DNA of 64,000 nucleotides from Bispira polyomma (lineage: Eukaryota): assembly GCA_965649765.1 (NCBI GenBank), contig OZ287750.1:46314001-46378000 (forward strand), given 5' to 3'. Below, one piece after another: positions 36,282-49,545 of this stretch (positions are counted from its first letter, which is position 1; each line of letters begins with the position of its first letter). The notes beneath the pieces are model-generated. The model saw nothing but the letters and a program-made list of their open reading frames with translations. It searched no databases and was not told the origin of the DNA. The position numbers and the translations under genes were made by a program.

Positions 36282-37680
36282 CGTTGTGTATACTCCTGTG
36301 TGTGTGCAGAGTATCAAACAAAACCATATGTATGATACAAAAAAATCTACAAAAAATGGAACCACCACCTCAAACTGAGTGTGTTCATAGAATCTCAGGG
36401 GAATACCGAGTCTCTGTACAAAAACTTGTGCCACCTAGCGAGTACAAGGGGAATCGCGTTCCAGTCCTACCTAGTGAATGATGACAATGATGGCAGAATG
36501 TTGTGCTGCTTTGTCCCGGGTACAAAAATCCTTCCGTGAAAGTCTCACGAACTGCGGCCTTACGACAGCCAATCACCTCCCGAAAGGACAAGGCCATATT
36601 TGGGCTACAAGTTGTGGTTAAAGTTGTGGTTTTTTCTGCAAGAGAGAAGAAACAGCCACCCTGTGCTTGTGACTGAACAGTCCTCAGTAAACCAACCTGT
36701 TTGATGACGGAGAGGAGTGGTAGTAGCGCAGAAACAATTATTAGTAAGATGTACATTAAAGAATTCTACAAAGACAGAGAAATACAAACAAAAACCACCC
36801 CACGCAAACAGCAGACTCTGACCCTATATATAAGCCAATTACTTATTCATATTAAGGGGCCAATGGGATGAACTTACTCGGTTCTAATTAAATGGGGACC
36901 AAAGCATTGGTTTTTGTTCCTGGAAACGATTGGATCCAGTACGTCTGTGTTGCAGTAGAGGGGGTGGTCTATTTTTTTCCCAGTAAACTCGTGATTAGTC
37001 AGTTGGCGGCAGTTTCTTGGAAATGGGCTGAGTGAATCACTATAGTAGATGTGATAGACTGTGTGTGTTGGTTCTGGGTTGTGTGAATAAGTGGAGGATG
37101 GATTGGGCAGAGCTTGAATGGAGTGATCATATCCATGGAGAGAGTGTGTATATGTGTGTGTGTATTTATGGCTTCACGCAGGGATCATGTGATTTTGGTG
37201 ACTAATGCCAATGTGTGACTGTATGAGTATTATAGAGTGAGAGACACAAAAACTACACCCTCTGTCAGAATGAGGGGAAAACCCCCACATAACACGTGCT
37301 TGGGTGTGTCATGGTGTGTCATGTGATGTAGACTTTGCAAGTCATGTGACTGTAGACATTAATGTTGGTGATCAGATGTTTTTGATGATTACTTGTAATT
37401 GTTCATATCAACCCAAACAATAGCTTTGCTTTTTTACTCTATTGTATTTAGTATTCTGTTTCAATGCTTGTGTAATATCATATCAATCATAACTAAAATT
37501 TGAAAAAAAAGTATAAAACAGCATGTGTTTGTAATAATGTATTATTCCTTTAATAATGAAAAATCACCTTTTGTATACATTAGTTTAAAATTGTTATTTT
37601 AATTTTCTTTGATTATTGAAAAAATCCTGAACATCCTTTTTGTATACACTACACTATGAAATAAAAAGTTAACTCTCCAA
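36282..37680 (+). other. Putative non-coding terminal (3' UTR) exon of GADD45 paralogue 1
   Basis: Donor AAG|gtgagc at 35864, acceptor ttttgtcttttcag at 36281, AATAAA near 37659 followed by a T/GT-rich tract. Confidence 0.5.
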
Positions 37681-38091
37681 CTTCCTTGTTTTTTGTTAGT
37701 TTGGTTAAGTTTAACTACAAGAATTCCTCTCGGGCTTTGATTTCTTTGCACTTTTCATTCACGAGACTATTGAAAATGTGATAACTAAGCTTTTAAAAGA
37801 CAATTTTCAACAAAAATTTATTCAGTCGACCTGCCTTTAGAAAAAGAAGTTGAAAATGAAAAACAGTTGACACAATTACTCACTGTAATGAGCCAACAAC
37901 TGGGTCACATCACAAATCCAATAAACGTGGTGTGTCTTCTACCTGTCCGATTGCACAATTGAGGTTGTTTCTCAATAAAAATTTATGGCCAAATAGCCTC
38001 TACAAACAACAGAAGTAAGGCTTCCATTTAATTGTTGTAAACTCCTAACATTGCTGATGCTATAAAACTCTACATAACTCGCACAAAAGTA

Positions 38092-38261
38092 CAGTAGAAC
38101 CTCTATTATCCAAATATTTGATTTTACGAATTCAATTTGACTCTCCTAAACTTATTTTTGAAATTGTTTTATACTAAAATGTCACTTCTATTTTATGGAT
38201 CTTCCAGGTGCCAAACAAATTCTTGCTCTCCCAAGATGTCCGTAAAATAGAGGTTCTACTG
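38092..38261. mobile_element. MITE family C (Tc1/mariner-like)
   Basis: Perfect 16 bp TIR cagtagaacctctatt / aatagaggttctactg with TA on both sides. A partial copy lies near 47945-48065. Confidence 0.85.
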
Positions 38262-38434
38262 TATGAGGTCTGGACCCAGTGCTTTAAGAGCAGATCTATC
38301 ATTGTATTTTACATATTACGATTAAGTAGCTATTGCGTAAAAAGCAGTACCACAATATTGCAGCATAAATGATGTAATAAGTCCACAGGATTACATCACT
38401 TGGAAATAGAATCCATCACTTTCTAACACACCTG

Positions 38435-38622
38435 GAGCCATATTCACAATATGTAAAATATTTAAGACTGCCTACTGTTAAGCCTAATATAGAGAGCAAA
38501 GTTAACACTGAACAAAAATCTTTTCACTGAGACCAAAATTTTAACCTTTTTGGCCAAAATCAAACACCGAAGTCTTTAGCTTAAGACTAAGTTAGGACTA
38601 AAACCTTTTGTGAATACGGCCC
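38435..38622. mobile_element. MITE family D (Harbinger-like), copy 1
   Basis: gagccatattcacaa / ttgtgaatacggccc with CTG on both sides. The interior is shared with 55156-55350. Confidence 0.7.
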
Positions 38623-39846
38623 CTGATGAATATGTTTTTTTCCTAACCGTGATCTGTAACTTCTTCTTGACATTGTATCTTCGGAACTAACTGTCCAAAG
38701 TAAAGATTTGTGTTTGGTGGACAAGTTTATTAAATGGTCTACTAGTCTCATGTTTATGATCTGATCTAAGTTTTAACTTTATTGTTTGAATTTTAAGCTT
38801 CAAACCTGATTTTAGTCTTTATTTTGGGGAAAAATGGAAGAAGATATTCAAATAAAGTAAAGCAATTTTGCTTTGAGGGTGATTTTTGCCAACAGAGTAG
38901 AAATGTATTTCAGCGATTAACCTTGTGGCCCATTTTGGACTATTTCCTCTTAATTGGGTCAAGATCAACATATCTGGTAAAGTTTGATATATGTTACACC
39001 TGGAACTTTGTCCAAATGACTAATGGACTTACTCCATCACTACATTGGGCTTTCCTTAATTGTCCCACTATCCATTGCATTTATTGGCTGAGTTAGGACT
39101 GGTCTGACTAGATTAAGTTGACATACTCCACTGGGCTTACTCCATTGGACACAAATGCTATTGGTACAGCAACATTGATGTTCACATTGATAGTAGAACA
39201 GTACCAATAGAATTCATTCTTCATGATCTGCCATCTGTAGACATTGGATTTTTTTAAACAATATTTGCATTTAGTCCTATTAAAATTTAATTAAAGTACC
39301 GTTAAATAATTATATAGTTATTTATATTTATACAAAAATTGTATGATATGTCCAGTAAAGTTACATTTCATCAAAGTTTTCTTCAGCCTAAGAAAGTAGA
39401 ATTGTCTTTTCTTTTTTAACTTAGAATGTCTGTGGCTAATTATGGCTTGATATGGCGATCTCCTGTCATTGGTTCCTGTCCCCAGTGTCACAAAGAACAA
39501 CCTTGGTGACGTTGATTGATGGTGATTAACTTTAACATTCACTTTAACATTAATTAAAGCTTTTGTGTAATAACTAGTAATATTTTAACTGTTAATTCAT
39601 CTTCAGAAGAATTAGCAATATCTTGACTCTTTTGTCAATTCATCACCTTCATAACCATTCTCCAAAACAGTTACCCAAGTCTGATAGAATAGTCTTGTCA
39701 AATGTCCTGTATATGTCAATGTTATTTGTACTGTGTTAGATGCATGTTAATTTGTTATTGTAATATGTTGTGCTTTTTGTTGTTTGTTAAAAAAAAACAA
39801 TAAAAAAAAACAAAAAACATTAATTAGCACTTTGAATACAAGATCA

Positions 39847-40402
39847 TGCCGTGGTCATACTGGCCTCACGTTTCGATTATGCACAAAAAATGGCTAACGA
39901 AATGAAACGTAAGCAGAACGTAGTGTATGTAAGCAAACATAAGCATGTGTGAGTAAGATGGTCCCTTAATATCCTGTTTTTTTCAAAAACGTAAAAAAAT
40001 TTTGGACTGCTCGAAATTTGTTACTTTTCGGCCATTTTCTGAAAACTGTGCTGACACAGTTGGTGTATTCGTGGAAAAGGTATGACACGTATTCAATGCG
40101 TATTTGACATAAAGGACAGGAGTAAAACGTACTGATAAGATTCGAGGAGAGCGAAACAGGTTTCGAAATGTGGCTAACGTATTTTCAAACATGGACAACG
40201 ATATATACATACTTGAAACGGCTATTTAAACGTGTTTAATGCATGTACAAAACATGTACAGATGCGTGCTGAACGTATACAAAACAGCCCATACATTGAT
40301 TTATTGCTACGTTTTCCCAAATTTTCACTTTGTTTGTCTCCTGTTTATTACGTTTACGGAAAGTAAAACATAACATGAACGTAGCTCAGTGTGACCACGG
40401 CA
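39847..40402. mobile_element. MITE, Harbinger-like
   Basis: TIRs tgccgtggtcatactg / cagtgtgaccacggca, flanks TCA/TAA, interior rich in ACGT motifs. Confidence 0.8.
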
Positions 40403-40462
40403 TAACAGTAGATAAATGAGTACAAATGTAAACACAATACAATGAGCCATAATCTATTTCCT

Positions 40463-42360
40463 ATTAATAATAATAATAAATAATAATAAAAGTTCTTCTA
40501 TAGCGCAAAATCTACACAAAGTAATCAATGCACTTAACAGCATAAATTATAAATTAATGTTCAAAAGCACAACTGAAAAAGTGAGCTTTTAGTTTCTTTT
40601 TAAAAACACTGACTGCTGTACAGGTTTTCAGATGCTTTGGTAGAGTATTCCATAGCTTAGGTCCACAAACACAAAATGCCCGATCTCCAAAGGTTTTTAA
40701 CTTTGCCTTAGGAACTGTTAGCAAGTGTTTACTTGATGACCGCAGTAGTCGTGTGCTTTTGTGTGGAAGCAGCAGATCTTGGATATAGGGAGGTTCCAAT
40801 CCTCTGATTGATTTAAACACCAAGAGAACAATTTTGTATTGAATCTGGTATTTGACACGTAACCAATGCAGTGTTCTCAAGCATTCAAGTGAACTTCTGT
40901 GCTCCATATTTGAATCTAACACAAGTCTAGCTGCACAATTTTGAACTCTTTGCAGTTTATCTAATAGTGTTTTTGATATGCCAAAGAGTATACTATTACA
41001 ATAGTCTAATTTTGACATGACGAGGGCTTGAACCACTGTTTTGGCTGCATCCATTGAGAGATTTGATCTAATGTATCTAATGTTCCTCAGCTGAAAGTAA
41101 CAGGATCTGCAAAGTTGACTGACTTGCTTTTTCATATTGAGGTCTTGGTCAATAAACACTCCTAGATTCCTGACATATTTATTTGAACTGATGAGAGACT
41201 CACTCACTTTTATGGAGTTGATTGACATTTTACTTCGGTGGATGGAATTGCCGAGTAGTATAAATTCTGTTTTATCCTGGTCTAATTTCAACTTGTTGTT
41301 GCTCATCCACTTGCTAATAGCATCAATACATTTTTCAAGATTACATACTATATTGGCTTGATTGTCTATTTTGGGACTGAGGGATGTATAGAGTTGTGAG
41401 TCATCAGCATAAAGGTGATATTGAATGAGATGTTGTCCTATAATCCCAGCCACTGGCGTGGTATACTTGCGGTAGAGATCAGGTCCCATGACTGACCCTT
41501 GAGGTACACTATACTTCAAAATATGTGGTTCAGATTTAGCACCATCTATCACTACACTTTGACTTCTCTTATCCAGTTATGAGTGAAACCACCGGTGAGC
41601 TGTGCCTTGTATACCATACATGTCGTTCAATCTATTTAAGAGGATTTTATGATCAACCGTGTCGAAGGCTGCTGAGAGATCAAGAAGTGTTAACAGAACA
41701 ACCTTCTTGTTATCCAGTTCAAGCAGAATATCATTTACCACCTTCAATACTGCTGTTTCAGTGGAGTGACAGGGTCTGTATGCAGATTGATAAGGTTCAT
41801 TTAGGCTATTTGAATCTATGTATTTTGATAGTTGTTGGCATACAACCTTTTCTACAAGCTTTGAGAGAAAAGGTAGGTTTGAAATTGGGCGAAAGTTTTT
41901 GAACACAGGATCAGCCCCTTCTTTCTTGAGAATTGGTGTGACAACAGCTTGTTTGAAAAACTCAGGCATTTTTCCAGTTTGCAGAGACATATTTATTATG
42001 TTAGTTATGCAGAGTAGAAAATCAGACAAGCAATGCTTCAAAAGACAAGTAGGAATAGGATCTCAAAGAGCAGGATTTGGATGGGGCTCTAGTAATGAGT
42101 TCAGCTACCCCATCCTGAGACAATGTCCGGAACTGTGTAAACTGAGCGGTAGATGCTCCAGTAGAGTCCCCTCCCTTCGTTTGTCTACAGTCCAAAAATA
42201 TTTTCCTTATATTATCAATCTTTTCAACAAAGAAACCACTGAAGCTATTCACCAGATCCTGTTTGTTACTGTGTGGTGGTAAGAGTTGAGGAGCCTTAGA
42301 GTGAGTAAGTTTGGCAACTGTCTTGAAAAGGGCCCGACGGTTGCCTTTGTGAGAGTCTAT
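40463..42360 (-). mobile_element. 5'-truncated L2/CR1-clade LINE with a pseudogenised reverse transcriptase ORF2
   Basis: RT motifs FRPISNLPFLSKLVEK, QSAYRPCHSTETA, LLDLSAAFDTVDH, VPQGSVMGP, YADD and RNLGV, plus C-terminal LHWL and GDRAFCVCGPKLWN. There is an in-frame stop at 41577-79 and a +1 frameshift near 42064. The 3' end is gcgctatagaag followed by a (TTA)n tail at 40463-40490. Confidence 0.95.
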
Positions 42361-43016
42361 GTAGGTGCTGAAATACTCTGATATATATATTCAGGTGGCA
42401 TTTTTAATGGTTTTTTATATACATTTAATATTGTGACCGTCTGTTCAAATATAATATATAAATAAAAGAATAAATCTAAAATATAACAAACAAAATACAG
42501 GTGTTTCTGGATTGCCACTAGAATTTTTAATACCAAGTACCATATGCACATATACAATTACGGTAAGGGGGTGGGGGCATCCACTCCCAGAATACATTAT
42601 AAACAGAAATGTTTTTCCATGTTTCCTGCAGTTTAACAAACTTTTTAAAAAGGGAGGGGTCGTGATCCATTGGGAATCCCCTTGAAACTCTCCTGTGCGT
42701 ATGGGCATAGTTCCTTAAATTTTCCGAGCGATATATATGAATCATCCAAAACGGGTTTTAAACATACCCCATTCGTCCATTAAAATGATAAAGACAGTTA
42801 TATTCCGAGGTTTAATATTGTGTGGAATAGTTCACATGTGACAAGCCAAAATTTCCCAATACTTTATTCAATCATCATTAAATTTTAGTCAGAGCCAGTT
42901 ATATAAAACTTTTCACCCATGGACAAAAACCTTATATTGTGTGTAGCTATATTTAGTGATGCATCCCCACAAATTTTATCCAGTAGTGATGTCAATTTCT
43001 TCAACTATAACTCATA

Positions 43017-43170
43017 TGACGTCAGAGGGTCACTTGTGGAGGGTTAGTCATGGACACACTTTTGACGTCACATGTGGAGGGTTAGTCATGGACACTCTTT
43101 TGACGTCACTTGTGGAGGGTTAGTCATGGACACACTTCACACGTTACTTGTGTATGGTTAGTTATGGACA
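43017..43170. repeat. 38 bp tandem repeat, about 4 copies, carrying TGACGTCA palindromes
   Basis: gtcacttgtggagggttagtcatggacacacttttgac units start at 43029, 43067 and 43105, followed by a degenerate fourth copy. Confidence 0.85.
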
Positions 43171-44499
43171 GCCAATAATTTATGATGTCAATATATTTTG
43201 TATATGGCCTTCCATATATTTACATACATACATTATGTGGCTTTTATACACCTTATATTTCTCGCTGAGTCACTCAGCTCAAGTGGTTGTATGAGGTCTT
43301 TCTATTAATAATTAAGCATTCTATATATTTCCATTGTATAAGTATGTAAATGTCGATATCGCCAATGTTATGCAAGTGTGACACATTATTGCACCAATGA
43401 CGAGAGAGCTTTATAAATATTTATTAGAGTAGTAATAAGGAAATACAAACAGACAATACATAGTCTGGTTTAGAAGAATTTCTCTTGAACTCTGTCCAAC
43501 TTAATCTAACCTTGTTTAAGGCTCAATTATGTTTGTCATATAGTTATATTATATTGTTGTTCAATGTACTTACAAATAATTTCCTATTATGAGGTAACGA
43601 AGGGGGGGAAAATAATAAATTTTTTTGGTGGTGGTGGGGAGAGGGGAGGGGGAGGGGGGGGGGGGGGGGGGTATCGAATTCTTGCTGACATAGGGTCTGG
43701 GAGAAACAAATAATTGTTGATCGCTTGTGGACAACTTAGTGGTCTAAAGAGATAAAATACTTTTTTTTATTAGTATTATTAACCCAACTGGAGCCTTTAG
43801 CCAAGAATAAACTGATCCTTGGCACTGCTTATAGATCTGTTGTTGTGAAAAGAAGGAAGTTTAGAGGGGAAAAAAGTGAGCACACGTTTGTTGCCAACTT
43901 CAACTCAAGTACTTTTCCCTGCCTTGTGGAAGATTTATCTCGGGTAGGAAAGTGTAACATATTTTCTTTCCAAAAAGACGGCAAAAAGGAGGAAATTGTC
44001 TTACAAAATTACATAATATAATCTGACATAAAATCCTGTGGAAACTATACCTGATAATTTATTTTTCCTTCTAATTTGATTAATTGGGCTGTTTATGTTG
44101 TATACTGTACACATATCTTTGTAGATGAAACAAGTACAACATATTTGTGTACATATGAACTGCACTGGACTCATTCAACCTCTTCTTTTTACACAAACAC
44201 CTTTATTACGTGGATGGTCCAAATATTTGGTATTGTTTTTTAAACAGTGTCAACAATGCTGGACAACTTTGGGGGCCAAATGACTGTTACTATTTTTAGC
44301 AGCACTTATACTATTTATAAACCAACTGATACTAAGATATGGTATAATGATCACGTGTCATTGTTTTTAACTTTGAGTTATTGACGTGTTTATAATTACA
44401 GTCCCAAATCCCAAACATGTTTACATTTTAAACTATACTTGTGTATGTAACAAATGTGTGTGTGTATGGAAATAGCCTTTCTTCATATAACTCAACTTT

Positions 44500-44715
44500 G
44501 TCAGAAACTCGTAAATGGTATTACTTGTAACAACCTCTGCAGTCGTTGGTTCAAATGCTGCCCCCGACATGTATGTGGGACAGATGGCAGTAAATTTGCT
44601 ACAGGCTGGTGATTTTCAGAGTAATGACGAACTGCTCTGATTTCCTCCCACCAGTGAACTGTCCCTTGTGAAATGACACAAGACCTGTTGAAAAGCACCG
44701 TAAAGCTGAAACTAA
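44500..44715 (+). mobile_element. tRNA-derived SINE (family A)
   Basis: B-box-like ggttcaaatg, centre catgtatgtgggacagatggcagtaaatttgc, tail ctgttgaaaagcaccgtaaagctgaaact. Confidence 0.65.
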
Positions 44716-45025
44716 AATCGTAATATTATACCTAGGTCTCACTTTCACGAATGGCTGTCAGGAATGCACCATGAAGGTCATTGTATCAATCAGTGACAGT
44801 ACATTTCAACTTCATTTCAGATACGCCTATATTTAGCAGCGCTTCTGAACTTCATTGATATCACAAATGTTTTAAACTGTTCAAACTTTCACTTTTCATG
44901 AGGGTTCTTGGGGGGGGGGGGGGGGTATATTGGTTTGTTTCTCGTCAGTAGAAGTTTGTGTTGGCTCATTGTGGCTCGTTTTGACTCATTTTGCGTTGGT
45001 ATCAATTAGTAGCAGTTACTAGTTA

Positions 45026-45596
45026 TAGCCCAGTCACACCTACACGTGCTATCGTCCCACAACGAAGCAAAGCAATATGTCTAAAAACGGGGTAGTTTTG
45101 TGTCAAAGTGACGTCATTTTGACAAAGGTGCAGTCGATTGTGACGTTTTGTGACGTTTTTGTGATGATGTTGGTACTTGTACACACGGAGCAGGAGAAAA
45201 AACGAACACTTTACTAGTAGGATATCACTATCTACTACTACGTAGCGCTACTGTACTGCTACATACGGATGCGTTCTTGTGCGTTATGATGCTTAGTGAA
45301 ACGTTCCACTACGAATACAGAAGAGTGGAGACGAACCACTACTTCCTGCTACTTACACATACGAGTGGAGACGTTCTTGAGAAAGGAAAAGCTCTGTCAC
45401 GATTGTTTCAAACAGTTTGAAATAATAGTGGTAGCAGACGTTTCCGGAACGATATCATTCGTTAAGCAACGTCCGGGAACGAACGCACCAGGGATCCTCA
45501 CTTTTGCATTACCTTCTACTACATCTGTACTAGGTTTCTAAATAATTGAAAACGTCACACACACCAAGCTCCAGCACGTGTAGCCGGACTGGGCTG
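45026..45596 (+). mobile_element. MITE family B copy 2 (complete), Harbinger-like
   Basis: TIRs tagcccagtcacacctacacgtgct / agcacgtgtagccggactgggctg with TTA on both sides. Confidence 0.88.
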
Positions 45597-46489
45597 TTAG
45601 AGACCTTTTGTTGGGTATAAGTGGGTATTCCTTATTGTTTGTTATGTCTTATAAGTGAGTGTTAGTGAATGTATGCATCACTTTTGTGGCGGGTCTGTCA
45701 CAGGTTTGTTTTAAACTCACCTCAACTTCGTTGCAGTGAGGCTGACCGGAGGATTTTTGGCGAGTGAGAGGGGCAATGGGGTGATCTATACGTGGCTGAA
45801 CAATCTGTTTGTGGTGTAAGATGCCACAACAAAGGGTCATGGATGCACATCTGAATGAGACTAGGCCTTAGGTTGCATGTTATATCCTCAAAAGAAATAG
45901 ACAAATCACATGAGATTGTTTTACAACAAATTCAGAGATGTTTAAGCAAGGCTAGTGTAGCACTCTCATCTTTCACAAATAAAAGTGTTGTGTTGATTTG
46001 AATATGTACTTAAACACTCTTTCATTTGTAGTGTTTGTGTAGAACTCTTTGTAATAGTTTATTGCTACCTCAGTAGCACGTATATAGTAGATATATGTAG
46101 TCTTGTTGTTGAATTCCTTAAATGTTTTGTAAACAGATCTTTTTGATGCTGAAAACACTAGGGACATATCGCCTGCAAGGTACACATATAACCGTCAGTC
46201 TAAAAGCCAACGTGGTCAAGTCAATAATTAACACTGTAAGATGCAAAGCATCTATCTTATTATTACTTTCCAAAGATATTTTAACAATACAAAACCAAAT
46301 AGGACAATGTATAATAATTAATAATAATAATAATGAACTCTAATAAAACTACATAATGGTCCCTTGGAACTGGCGTGTTTACTTTATTTACCATCCTAGA
46401 AGGTGGTTGATAAAAGTGATATAAAAACCAAAACAATAATAACGAACCGTCATACTTATTATTCGATAGTCGTCTAGTGGTAGTAAAAA

Positions 46490-47340
46490 TGCCCCAATAC
46501 TAGGTTTACAGTCAGAATTGGGGTGGTTGAATATTAAGTCTCACTATTATTTGTGTACCTTACGATATTGGAATCGTTTAATGAAAATGAGCCATAAAAA
46601 AAGACAGGAAAAAATCTGTGAGAATGATCTTAGAGACAGTAGTAATTATAATTGGTCAGGTAATATTTACACTATAGCAAAGAAACTGAATGCTGCTTAA
46701 TCTTTTGTAAATGGTGATGCATTTGACCTCAAAAATATCAAAGGAAAATTGAATAGCTTAATGCACATTGAATGGTCAGAAAATATACCAAGTATGCCAA
46801 AATTGAGAAACTGTGTTCACTTTAAAAGTGATATTGAAGCTGAAAAATATTTAAAAGTAGCATTAACAGGCTCACAAAGATCACTTCTCGCTCAGGTTCG
46901 TCTTAGCATATTACCACTGGCAATCAAAACTGGTCGAAACTATAAAAAAAACCCTTGATGAGAGATTGTGTAAACTATGTAGTGAAGAATTTATTGAGGA
47001 TGAAATTCACTTTTTATGTGTATGTAATTATTATGATCAGGTGTGTAAAACCTTGTACGATAAAATGAATAAAATGTTGCAGGGTTTTTATGATTTTGAT
47101 ATTTATGTTAAACTTAAGAAAATAATATTAAGAAAACAGTATTGTCCAAACGAACTAGCCTTATATGTAGAAATTATCTGGAATAAGCGTAAGGGATTTA
47201 TTGAGGAACACTAATTAGTCAAACACAACTGTATATGTATTTTTAGTGACTTATAAGCCCACCAGAGGGCTGGGTAACATTTGTTTTGTTTTTGTATCAC
47301 ATGTATCAATGTAATGTTACATGTCACTATAATAAGTAAA
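46490..47340 (+). mobile_element. Decayed 3' part of a non-LTR retrotransposon ORF2 (probably CR1-type)
   Basis: Consecutive broken ORFs: ELGW...LRYWNRLMKM; PKLRNCVHFK...QRSLLAQVRLSILPLAIKTGR; CKLCSEEFIEDEIHFLCVC (CCHC-type motif). These are followed by a short 3' UTR and an AT tail. Confidence 0.75.
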
Positions 47341-48669
47341 CTATATATATATAGTAGGTTTTAGCTGTAATTCTAATTATAAACAGTGTAATTTGACGTT
47401 TCGTCAGTAGGCGGGTGTTAATGAAAGAAAACTAAACCATGCACAACTCACGTAATTATAATAATAATAATAATAGTAATCAGGTGGTTTGGTATTATGG
47501 CATTATAGGTTTTTCAGCAACCTGCCATAAATCTATGTTATAAATCAGAATATTGTACCACACTTGTATTTTGTATTGTCTTGATAAGCATAACTATTAA
47601 AATATAAACTGTATTTAATCAAAGGGGGCCCGCTATAGGTCCAAATCCCTTCGTTCCTCCATGTGGGAAGTCTGTCGGGGAGGTAAAACAGTGGTTTAGC
47701 ACTGGTATTTCTAACTTCTGTCATATGTACAGTTGAAAGAAACGTAAACCCTAACTGAAATCAAATTATTTCAACTTTGTACCTGAACAAAGGCAAATGT
47801 TTCTTTCGTTAGAACATAAATAGAGATTTCTGTCTTATTTATTAATAAGCACATACCATATCAAAGGTAGTGATTGATAGTCAGGTAAATCTGGATATTA
47901 TAAGAACATAGTACATTCCACATATTTGACATATATTGGCCTAATAGTAGAACCTCGATTATCCGATTTTATGGACTCAGTTTGACTCTTCCAAACTTAT
48001 TTTTTTGGTAAGTTTCATACTAAAATGCCACTTTTATTTTACAGACCTTCTGTTATCCTGGGTTTCAACAAAACGAATATCTCAGTCAATATCTCTATCA
48101 ATAAGCAGTGAGTTACTAGTGAATCATCATACCAATACTGTGCATTATCATATAATATGTTGAACCCCAAATGAAACTCCTTCTATGTATTGGAACAATG
48201 TTATTATTTCAGTTTTTTAAATTAAGATGAATTGATTAAACCTTAAGAAATAATATTGTAAAGACGCATATTAGTATACTTTTATTTCAGGTTTCACCAG
48301 AAGTAGATTGTGTAAATTTGATCTTGAATCACAAGGTCCAAATGACTAAACCACAGAAGTGCCACTGATTACGTCATCTACTTGATGTATTACTTCATAG
48401 TTAGAACCAGTTGACACACCCAGTCATTTGACAAGGGGAACAACAATATACTTTACTAGCGAGTAATAATACATGGTGGATATGCAATAGATGTAATGAT
48501 GTAGATAATATAATACAATGAGATGTAATCCTATTTAAACTTATTGAACATGTAGAATGGTAACAATATCTAACAAGTGACACAAAAAACTAGGCCAAAC
48601 AGTAAAGTTGTCAATGAGTGAAATAACCTGGTGTTATGGTTAAAGACATTGTTTTATTCTTGCAGATAA

Positions 48670-49240
48670 TAGTAATAATACCCAAAAGGGCACACTCTGT
48701 ATAGAGTGCATACCTCCGCCAAGGTATAGCAAGAAATGCCAAACATCCATGTACCTGGCCTTCTACCTGGATCCCCTCCAAATTTCAATGGATTCTTTCT
48801 TGTAGTAAATACCACAGCCACCACCAAATTTAGTGTAGTAAATACAACTCCCCTCAACCTACTTTCATGCTTAACAATCGCTGATAAAAGTATAGCCTCC
48901 TTTATTAAAGGTAATAATGATAACAATAACTAGAAGGGCACTCAGTAGAGCACATACCTCCACCAATGCGCCACAGTGCTGAAATAAGGAAACACAAATT
49001 TAGATTGGTCATTCTACCTGGATCTACCTCAAAATGTTAACAGATTATTCCCTCCACCCAATTTAATATGAATTAGCCAAAGTTCAGTTGTGTTTTGTTT
49101 TTTTGTTTTTTTTTTTGTTATTCCTGGTGACAAATAAACCAACAAACAAACTATCACAGGGTGAAAAGTGTATCCGCCTTAAAACGGAGGTAATAATATT
49201 ACTAATAATTATTAAAAAGAACACTCAGTAGAGCGGATAT
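48670..49240 (+). mobile_element. Tandem helentron-associated (HINE/DINE-1-like) non-autonomous elements
   Basis: The head aagggcactcagtagagc(a/g)catacctcc occurs at ~48685, ~48935 and ~49220. 3' ends are gcctcctttattaaaggtaat and ccgccttaaaacggaggtaat (short hairpin). An inverted copy of the head lies at 29210-29248. The classification is inferred from architecture. Confidence 0.5.
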
Positions 49241-49424
49241 AATAAACAAAATATAGCAACCAACTTGTTAGTTACTAGACAGGTATTGCTTCATTGTTGT
49301 AGAGGATGCTGTTACAATAGCATAACATATAACACAATGGTAGTCATGGTTCAAGTGTACCGCTAGCCTTGCTTGAGCTCTATGATAGGACTTTCTGTGT
49401 CCCCTGTAAAATCCACCAAGAGAG

Positions 49425-49545
49425 CTGAGTCCAGAGCTTTCTCTATTGCTGTCCCCCCATATTATGGAATAGTTTCCCAGTTGAGCTTAGATCACTCAAA
49501 ATACTCACTGGGTTTAGGAAAAAATTAAAACTAACTCTTTAAATG
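49425..49545 (+). mobile_element. Small L2-type LINE 3' fragment
   Basis: RAFSIA..LWNSFPVELRSLKILTGFRKKLK. Confidence 0.55.

Noticed and set aside
36239-36787. ORFs of 80-123 aa downstream of GADD45
   Set aside because: No homology is recognisable; better explained as 3' UTR sequence.
41137-42282. Plus-strand ORFs over the LINE
   Set aside because: They are antisense shadows of the RT ORF.
43630-43672. G-runs here and at 28643, 44909 and 52838 as functional G-quadruplexes
   Set aside because: Homopolymer runs are common in such genomes and are error-prone in sequencing; there is no supporting context.
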